Shown here piece after piece: positions 56,963 through 63,990 of a stretch of 63,990 bases of DNA. Position 1 is the first letter of the stretch; every line of letters begins with the position of its first letter. The translations under genes were made by a program, and so were the position numbers. The notes below the pieces were generated by a model. The model was given only the letters and a program-made list of their open reading frames with translations. It had not been told where the DNA came from and searched no databases. Source of the stretch: Bacteroides salyersiae (GTDB taxonomy: Archaea; Thermoplasmatota; Thermoplasmata; Methanomassiliicoccales; Methanomethylophilaceae); NCBI GenBank assembly GCA_963632775.1, contig CAVGUW010000006.1:1-63990 (forward strand), given 5' to 3'.

Positions 56963-57959
56963 ACGGGACGATATCGCAACAGGTGCATCTGAAGCACATG
57001 GTCTGGAACGTCCTGGGCGACAGACCGTATCTCTCGAACACCGCCTTCTGTCCCTTTGCGAGGGCGACGAGCCTCTCCGGGGTGTTGGGCGCTACCTCGC
57101 CCATCCTCTCGATGAACTGTTCTTTGACGAACCTGTTGAGCTTCAACGGCCTCAATCCCGCGGTTATACCCGATCCTGCCAATCTCTCCACCATCGCGAT
57201 GACCTCATCATCGGATTCCCCGAGACCCACTATGATGTTCGTGGCGACCTTACCCTTGCCGAAGACACCGACGGCATAGGTCAGCATATCGATGATGTTG
57301 TCCTGATCCAACTCCGGACAGACCTTGTCGAATATGTCCTTCCTCGCCGCTTCGCAATTGATCTTGATCTCCGAGGCACCCGCCTCCTTGAGCGCATCTA
57401 TCTGTTCGTAGGTGTCGACATACGGTTCCACGCCGATCGGGAGTTCCGGGAACTCGTTATGGAGGTACCTCACACACCCTACCATACGATCGATGGTAGC
57501 TTGGACGCTGTCGTAGACGCCGCTGGTTATGGCGATGGCCTTCACGTTGCCGTTGGCCCTCACCATCTCCGCCATCCTCTCAGCCGTCAACGATTTGGCC
57601 TTGGAATGGTCCAAAAGCGGGGATGCGCAATAGATGCAATGATACATGCATCTCTCATCGAGATTGAAGAATGCCTGATCGGGACAGTGGTAGCATACCG
57701 GCTCTATGCTCACATCGAGGAAATCCTCCCCGTCGACGGTGACCTTATCGAAATCACCGGACATCTTGAATGGGGATTCCTTGGTCGATATGCCCTTCTT
57801 CACACGCATACCGTTGAACGATATCGCGATGGATGCGCTACCCGCACCCGGTCCGGCCGTGGAGTTGGACACGCGTACCGGAGGTACGGCACCCTCCGGG
57901 ATCTGTACCGAGTCGGCCAGGATGAATCTTGCCTTCTTGAGGGTCAGATCTTCTTCCAT
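56949..57959 (-). CDS. radical SAM domain protein
   Basis: The motif CMYHCIYC (CxxxCxxC) is preceded by CYHC. The length is 336 aa. The 3' end overlaps ttuA and the 5' end overlaps the cysS 3' end. Confidence 0.55.
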   Translation of the reverse strand: MEEDLTLKKARFILADSVQIPEGAVPPVRVSNSTAGPGAGSASIAISFNGMRVKKGISTKESPFKMSGDFDKVTVDGEDFLDVSIEPVCYHCPDQAFFNLDERCMYHCIYCASPLLDHSKAKSLTAERMAEMVRANGNVKAIAITSGVYDSVQATIDRMVGCVRYLHNEFPELPIGVEPYVDTYEQIDALKEAGASEIKINCEAARKDIFDKVCPELDQDNIIDMLTYAVGVFGKGKVATNIIVGLGESDDEVIAMVERLAGSGITAGLRPLKLNRFVKEQFIERMGEVAPNTPERLVALAKGQKAVFERYGLSPRTFQTMCFRCTCCDIVPFIDL

Positions 57960-59425
57960 TTCATGCCTTCCGAGGAATCCTCTAACTGGATGCCTGCGTC
58001 CGTGAGCCTGTCCCTTATCATATCCGCAAGATCGTATGCCTTGCGTTTCCTGAGTTCCGTACGGACATCCATGAGGATCTGCATCACGGAATCCATGCTG
58101 TCGTCGGATGCTTCGTCATCGGGAAGGATACCGAACACCTTGTCGAATCCCTTCAGCATATCCATTATGTCCTCTGCACCCTTCTTCGACAGGGTCCTCT
58201 CGGCGATCATCTTGTTGCTCGCCGTGGCCACGTTGAAGAACACCTTTATGGCATCGGGTGTGTTGAAATCGTCATCCATCGCATTGGTGAAATCATCCTT
58301 GGACGATGCTATGAGATCGGCAGCATCATCCTTACCGTCGCAGTCCCTCGCATAGGCCTGCAGCTCGCGATAGTTGTTCCATATCCTCTTCAGAGAGGAT
58401 GATGCCAATTCGAATCCCTCCTCACCGTAGACCAATGGACTCATGTAATGCGTACCGAGGAAGTAGAACCTGATCGTCTGCCTGTTGTACCTCTCGGCCA
58501 CATCGCAGACCCTGAAGAAGTTACCCAATGACTTGGACATCTTCTCCTCCTTGGTCATACCCTTACCTTTGACCTGGAGCATACCATTGTGCATCCAATA
58601 GTTGGCCAACGGTTCGCCCGTCACCGCCTCGGTCTGGAGTATCTCGTTCTCGTGGTGGGGGAATATGAGGTCGTTCCCTCCTCCGTGTATGTCTATCCTA
58701 TCACCGAGGTAGTGTCTGATCATCGCGGAGCACTCTATATGCCATCCGGGCCTTCCCTTGCCCCATGGTGAGTCCCATGAGATCTCCCCGGGTTTGGCGG
58801 CCTTCCATACCGCGAAATCCAACGGATTCCTCTTCTGTTCGTCATTGGCAATACGACCGGTGGACATCATGTCATCCAGGGTCTTGTTGGTGAGACATCC
58901 AAAGCTCTTGGCCTTCTCCACGGAGAAGTATACGCTCCCGTCGGGTGTCACATACCCGTAACCGTTGTCGATGATCTCCTTGCACATGCCGATGATGTCA
59001 TCCATGCTCTCGCTGGCCTTGGGATAGATATCTGCTTTACCGATACCGAGCTTCTCGATCTCCTGGAAGTACTTGTCTATGTACATCCTGGACAGTTCCA
59101 AGGGCTCCATGCCCTTCTCGGCGGCCCTGATTATGATCTTATCATCCACATCCGTGAAGTTGGTCACGTGTGTGACCTCGTATCCCTTGTACCTGAGATA
59201 CTTCGCGACCATGTCGAAGACGATCATGCTCCTGGCATGACCCATGTGGATGTCGTCGTAGACGGTGACGCCGCAGACGTACATCTTGACCTTTCCCTTC
59301 TCTATCGGTACGAATTCCTCTTTCTTGTTCGTAAGCGTGTTGTGGATGACCAAGGACATGATTCCATGTAATGTCGGACTTGTTATAATAATATCGAGAA
59401 AATGTTTGAAAGGGAGGGGATTCAC
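57944..59425 (-). CDS. cysS: cysteinyl-tRNA synthetase (class I)
   Basis: A HIGH motif (HMGHARS) and a KMSKS motif (KMSKSLGN) are present. The length is 493 aa. Confidence 0.9.
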   Translation of the reverse strand: MNPLPFKHFLDIIITSPTLHGIMSLVIHNTLTNKKEEFVPIEKGKVKMYVCGVTVYDDIHMGHARSMIVFDMVAKYLRYKGYEVTHVTNFTDVDDKIIIRAAEKGMEPLELSRMYIDKYFQEIEKLGIGKADIYPKASESMDDIIGMCKEIIDNGYGYVTPDGSVYFSVEKAKSFGCLTNKTLDDMMSTGRIANDEQKRNPLDFAVWKAAKPGEISWDSPWGKGRPGWHIECSAMIRHYLGDRIDIHGGGNDLIFPHHENEILQTEAVTGEPLANYWMHNGMLQVKGKGMTKEEKMSKSLGNFFRVCDVAERYNRQTIRFYFLGTHYMSPLVYGEEGFELASSSLKRIWNNYRELQAYARDCDGKDDAADLIASSKDDFTNAMDDDFNTPDAIKVFFNVATASNKMIAERTLSKKGAEDIMDMLKGFDKVFGILPDDEASDDSMDSVMQILMDVRTELRKRKAYDLADMIRDRLTDAGIQLEDSSEGMKWKKI

Positions 59426-59439
59426 ACCCCTCGTTTCAT

Positions 59440-62289
59440 TCAGCCTTTCCTCTTGATGGCAACGAAGGCTATGACGGCCACAGCGATGATCGCGGCGGCG
59501 ATGATACCTGCTATGACACCTACGGTCATACCGTTGTCATCCCCTCCGTCAGTCGATTCTGCGGGCTGTGCCTTGACGACATAGTCGGAGAAGTGGGTAA
59601 GCTCCATCGTGACCTCGGCCTTACCGTCCCCAATCTCTGTTGCGGTGAAGTCCACGGCCTCTGTGGTTCCATACTCACTGTAGTAGAAGACGTTCAGATC
59701 GGATATGTCCTCTCCGTCGAGATCGTAGATGACGGTCACCATGACCGTACCTCCGAGATCATGAACGGTCTCGGTACCATTGGTGAAGTCGATGCTGTAC
59801 AACGCACCGTTACCTACGACATACGACATCTCCTCATCGAACACACTCTTGTCTGCCTGTTTGACGGTGGCGGAGAATCCGCTCTCCGTGAATTTGTCAA
59901 GTGTCTTTGCAGTCGTTCCGTCGAACGATATCTTCGACGTTCCGGTCTTTATCTCAAGATTGTCGATCGTCTTCGCTTCGAGCTTGCTGATGGCATCCTT
60001 GATGTCGTTACCACTGATGTTGATGAGATCCGAGTCGCCGAAGATCGTGATGGTCTTGTCGACCTCGGTCTTCTGGGCCGTCTCGGTCCAGAGAGCGGTG
60101 ATCGTGACATCCCTCGCAGGCATTATGAGGGAGGATCCTGCCTTGTATGTCTTATATCCGTCGGTCCACTTGTAGAAGGTGTAGCCATCCTTGGCCTCGG
60201 GAGCCTCCGGGAGCTGTACGAGGCTTCCGTACTTCTGTTTCGTCGTCTTTCCGTCGATCGTGAGGTCGTATGACTTCAGTTCTCCTGCGGCGACGAGTGT
60301 GCCATTCAGAGGTATGCTCTTGAACTCACCGTAGCCGTCCTCGCGGACAGTGTACTCCAATCCTTCCTTCTGCTCGATCAGATCGAAACCTGTCAAAGGT
60401 TTGACCAGGAACGTCTGGGATTCGGAATCGATCTCGACAGAGAAGATTCCGACACTCCTCTCGCTGATGGACACACTGTTCTCTCCGCACTCGTACTCAC
60501 TGCCGGGGTAGAACAAGAACAATCCATCGATACCATCGTTGTACGATGCGATGTACACCGTCGAATCACGGATCTCGACGGTATCGACGTCGACCTTGGC
60601 ATCCTTCTGGATCTCGATGTCGGTTCCGCTGAAGACGGCATCACCGTCGATCTTGTATGTACCGCTGACGAGCCTCATTACATCATCATTGATGATCTTG
60701 AAATCCTTGGCAGAGACAGCGAAATCGGCAGATGAGATGGGTGTCGCCTTCATAGCGAGACTGTTACCTTCGATCGTCGTAGTCCTGTCATCGTCATCGT
60801 CGGCCATTCCGACAGTGATCGTGAGATCACTACCGGAGACGGAGAGCGTCTGCAACCTGGATTCGTAGAAACGGACATCCAACTTTCCGATGTCCGCGAT
60901 GAGCTTGGGCTCATCCGATGACTTATCCAACTTCATGGACACGTTCGACACGCCGATAACGAATGCATCCGTGCCCCCATATGTGAACTTCTCCGCACTC
61001 GCATAGAACGAGGTGAGTATGTCCTTGAGGTCTCCATCCTTCATCTGTTCCTCGGTACCTTTCAGTTCAAGATCCAATTTGACACCTTTGACCTCCATCG
61101 TCGGAACGGTGAAATCATCGATGCTCGCACTTACCTTGGCGGTTATCTGATCATCGGTCTTCGATGCGTCGATAGCACATGTTCCAGTGATCTTTGCGTC
61201 CAGATCGCCACTCTTGATGGCTACGTTGAGTCCGATGTTGGCCTTCAAGGATCCGTTGCCGGTGTCCTTCTCGTATGTCGCTGAACCGGTGATGGTGTTG
61301 TTCACAACGATAGATCCCTGGTCAGGTACGATGAGCGTAGCGCCCACACTGAGTTCGAAGCTTATGCCCTTGGCATTGGTGATACTTCCCGAGACCTTCA
61401 GAGCGATGTCCTTGATCTGGACCTCTCCAGCATCACCCTTCAGAACGATCGAACCGACGTTGACCGTCAATTCCGCACTGCCATCGACGGAACCGGTCTC
61501 TTTGTCTGTCTTGTAGTCGACATCGAGAGTGAAATCCTTGTCACTGCCACCGGTGATGGTGATAGGTCCGAACCCAAGGGTACCGTCGAGGTCACAATAC
61601 ATGCTGGCCTTGATCTTCGTCGGGAACAATTCCGAGAGATCGCTCCATCCTACCTCATCTGATCCGTAGTCGATGGAGTAATATGACTCATACTTACCAT
61701 TGAGGGCGATGCTCATGTCATAGGGTACCTCATATCCTCTCGCGAAATCCGAGAATTTGATCAACGAACCCTCTTTCAACTCGATGATGGTACCGTTACC
61801 CTCGAGCTTGAACATAGGTCCAAGCACGATCGAACCACCCTTCTCGATGACATATTTTCCTTCGCCCTCGAACTTGAGGTTCGCGAATTTACCCGTTTTA
61901 TCGTTGAGATAGACGGACTGACCGTCGGCGATCGTCTCCACGGTATTGATGACCTTGACATCATCGAACACATTCTCGGTCGCGATCGGTATCATAAGTT
62001 TATAGATGAGAGCCGTCAAGCCACTGTCGCTGATGAATTTCTCCATGGCATCGCTGATTCCATCACCGATATCATTGTCGATGACGGATGAACCGACGAT
62101 CCCTTTCTTGATATCCATCGAGACTGCATTCTCCAATAGGTCCTCGATGGATGTGAAATTGAAGTCCGCGGATCCGGACGTGTCGGCAGATACGTCCTCC
62201 TCGGCGGACAGCATGGGCACCGTCGCGACACATAACATCATCAATGATGCGATCACCGCGAACAGTGCCTTATTCTTTCCCAAACCCAT
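59440..62289 (-). CDS. large cell-surface protein (949 aa) with a signal peptide and a C-terminal membrane anchor
   Basis: The N-terminus is a signal peptide (MGLGKNKALFAVIASLMMLCVATVPMLSAEE). Long beta-rich repeats rich in Thr, Ser, Asp and Gly follow. The C-terminus is a transmembrane anchor followed by basic residues (VIAGIIAAAIIAVAVIAFVAIKRKG). Confidence 0.6.
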   Translation of the reverse strand: MGLGKNKALFAVIASLMMLCVATVPMLSAEEDVSADTSGSADFNFTSIEDLLENAVSMDIKKGIVGSSVIDNDIGDGISDAMEKFISDSGLTALIYKLMIPIATENVFDDVKVINTVETIADGQSVYLNDKTGKFANLKFEGEGKYVIEKGGSIVLGPMFKLEGNGTIIELKEGSLIKFSDFARGYEVPYDMSIALNGKYESYYSIDYGSDEVGWSDLSELFPTKIKASMYCDLDGTLGFGPITITGGSDKDFTLDVDYKTDKETGSVDGSAELTVNVGSIVLKGDAGEVQIKDIALKVSGSITNAKGISFELSVGATLIVPDQGSIVVNNTITGSATYEKDTGNGSLKANIGLNVAIKSGDLDAKITGTCAIDASKTDDQITAKVSASIDDFTVPTMEVKGVKLDLELKGTEEQMKDGDLKDILTSFYASAEKFTYGGTDAFVIGVSNVSMKLDKSSDEPKLIADIGKLDVRFYESRLQTLSVSGSDLTITVGMADDDDDRTTTIEGNSLAMKATPISSADFAVSAKDFKIINDDVMRLVSGTYKIDGDAVFSGTDIEIQKDAKVDVDTVEIRDSTVYIASYNDGIDGLFLFYPGSEYECGENSVSISERSVGIFSVEIDSESQTFLVKPLTGFDLIEQKEGLEYTVREDGYGEFKSIPLNGTLVAAGELKSYDLTIDGKTTKQKYGSLVQLPEAPEAKDGYTFYKWTDGYKTYKAGSSLIMPARDVTITALWTETAQKTEVDKTITIFGDSDLINISGNDIKDAISKLEAKTIDNLEIKTGTSKISFDGTTAKTLDKFTESGFSATVKQADKSVFDEEMSYVVGNGALYSIDFTNGTETVHDLGGTVMVTVIYDLDGEDISDLNVFYYSEYGTTEAVDFTATEIGDGKAEVTMELTHFSDYVVKAQPAESTDGGDDNGMTVGVIAGIIAAAIIAVAVIAFVAIKRKG

Positions 62290-62477
62290 GTTATTCCTCC
62301 TTAACAGGTATTAAACTGGGTATACAATGAATAGAGTAGGCTTTAAGGTTTATCGACAGTCCCGACCGTATCGGATTCGTGGATTCGATGCTTCATCCAT
62401 TTTAAGACATCGAACCAACGATTTTAAGATATCACAAATCCAGAATGATTATAATCAACATGTTTCATCCGATTGAC

Positions 62478-63990
62478 ATGAGCCCTAAAACAAAGCTGGC
62501 CATAGTATTTGCGATCGTCGCGATCGCAATCGTGGCCGTGATCGCCCTCAACCCAGGAAGCTCCAACCAGAGTAATGGGCACGCCTTCCCCGAACCAATC
62601 GAGGTAGGCGACAGGGATTATCCCGTTGCATCCGAAGCCGAAGAATCATATGCCAAGACCATCAAGACGCTGAAATCGTCGCTATCCGACTCTTCCCTCA
62701 GCGCCAATGACATGTCAGAGAGCATCAAAGTCGCCGCCGAGGACTACCTGAAGATGAGGGACTACTATGTCTGGATGTATCTGGACTATAGCAAGAAACC
62801 CACGGAATACGCGGACACCTATGCCGCATGGACCGGATTCGTGGCCCACATATACGACGATCTTGCGATCACCTTGAAGGAATCGCTCTCCGGACCCTGT
62901 GCAAAGACCGTCGAGAAAGCAATGAAGATCTGCGAACTCGACCCGGAAGAATACAGGAACTATGAGGAGATAACTCAGGAGGACAAGGACTTCAATGAGA
63001 AGGAAGCTGACCTCATCGCCGAGTACAACAACTTCATTGACGAGAAGCAGTACGACAAGGCCGCAGAGACCTATGTGAAACTGGTCCAGATCAGGAATGA
63101 GTTCGCCGTGCTGAAGGGATACGACAACTATTCCGAATACGCCTACAAGGTCGTTTACGGCAGGGACTACACTCCAGCAGAAGGCAAGGCATTCACCTCC
63201 CTCACGAAGACAGCGTATGAGACATATGTGAATGTGTACCGTGCTACATACTTCGATGAATCGATGAATCCGAGCAAACTTGCTTGGATGAATAATCTGA
63301 CATTGGATGATTTCGTCGACGCGGTGACCCCGTTCATCGACTCGATGAGTGACGAGTACGCCAAATTGCTGGATTACATGATCGAGAACGACCTCATAGA
63401 CTTCTGCACCGATGACGGAAGGAAGGAATGGACCTACAGCGCCGATCTGTATACCCGCGGAAGCGCCATGATCTACATCGGTGAGATCGGCAATGGATTC
63501 GATGGGCAATATACCGCCAAGAACCTCGTCCAGGAATTCGGTCATGCAGCCAACGTCTGTCTGAACGCGAAGTACACATCCTGCTATGATGTGAAGGGAA
63601 TCTATTCCCTGGGATTGGCATCCCTCTATTGCACATCAGGTCTCGTAGGAGAGGAATCATCACGTGCCATGGCAGCGTACATAATGCAGAGCCTCCTGTG
63701 GGATAACGTGGTCGTACCCGGATTATTGACGGAACTGGAACTCTGGGCATACGAGACAGAGGCTGAGACACACTCTCTGACCGCTGAACAGGTCTCCGAA
63801 AAATTCGAATCCATCTTGGATGCCTATGGCATATACTTCGATACCGACTACGATGAGAAGTATTACTGGGTCACCGTCTCTCAGCTCTTCGATTCCCCCC
63901 ACTCCTGCATCAGCTACGGAACATCCGCCATCGGAGCGATCGAGCTGTTCGTGGAGGCCACCGAGGATTACGATGCTGCGAAGGAGAAGT
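62478..63990 (+). CDS. membrane-anchored M3-like (oligoendopeptidase F-like) protein, partial; continues past the window end
   Basis: An N-terminal signal anchor (LAIVFAIVAIAIVAVIAL) is present. QEFGHAAN occupies the position of the gluzincin HExxH motif. The reading frame stays open to the last base. Confidence 0.35.
   Translation, partial: MSPKTKLAIVFAIVAIAIVAVIALNPGSSNQSNGHAFPEPIEVGDRDYPVASEAEESYAKTIKTLKSSLSDSSLSANDMSESIKVAAEDYLKMRDYYVWMYLDYSKKPTEYADTYAAWTGFVAHIYDDLAITLKESLSGPCAKTVEKAMKICELDPEEYRNYEEITQEDKDFNEKEADLIAEYNNFIDEKQYDKAAETYVKLVQIRNEFAVLKGYDNYSEYAYKVVYGRDYTPAEGKAFTSLTKTAYETYVNVYRATYFDESMNPSKLAWMNNLTLDDFVDAVTPFIDSMSDEYAKLLDYMIENDLIDFCTDDGRKEWTYSADLYTRGSAMIYIGEIGNGFDGQYTAKNLVQEFGHAANVCLNAKYTSCYDVKGIYSLGLASLYCTSGLVGEESSRAMAAYIMQSLLWDNVVVPGLLTELELWAYETEAETHSLTAEQVSEKFESILDAYGIYFDTDYDEKYYWVTVSQLFDSPHSCISYGTSAIGAIELFVEATEDYDAAKEK

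Noticed and set aside
62715-63545. 276-aa minus-strand ORF listed in the six-frame track
   Set aside because: The plus strand from 62478 onward is an uninterrupted, motif-bearing reading frame (signal anchor, M3-like region). It was missing from the track only because it has no stop codon within the window. The minus-strand ORF is its shadow.

Overview
This window reads as a gene-dense chromosomal segment, about 55% GC, from a methyl-reducing methanogenic archaeon of the Methanomassiliicoccales type. The calls below come from motifs recognised by eye; no searches were run.

Evidence for the assignment:
- The methanol methyltransferase pair mtaB and mtaC sits beside the corrinoid reductive activase ramA.
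- Other archaeal markers include pyruvate:ferredoxin oxidoreductase (porGDAB), a fused ADP-forming acetyl-CoA synthetase, Orc1/Cdc6, the RFC small subunit and a class I CysRS.
- Promoters carry archaeal-style TATA boxes.

Other content:
- ABC importers are numerous: two NitT/TauT-type operons, two ABC-2 exporter pairs and a BtuFCD/FepBCD-like operon.
- pyrDK, formate-tetrahydrofolate ligase, cardiolipin synthase, NhaC and a tRNA-Cys(GCA) gene are present.
- No rRNA genes or CRISPR arrays were seen.

The items most worth a second look are:
- a paired SPFH protein and zinc-ribbon membrane protein resembling the Bacillus ydjG/ydjI stress operon;
- an ABC ATPase fused to a SAM-methyltransferase in the corrinoid/siderophore-type importer;
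- the mtaCB locus bracketed by two diverged, same-orientation paralogs that look like IS1634/IS4-transposase derivatives;
- an operon of three translationally coupled pilin-like proteins with class III signal peptides, behind a promoter with two perfect 12-bp palindromes;
- an apparently circularly permuted substrate-binding protein;
- a solitary lidless Hsp70 paired with Sel1-repeat proteins.
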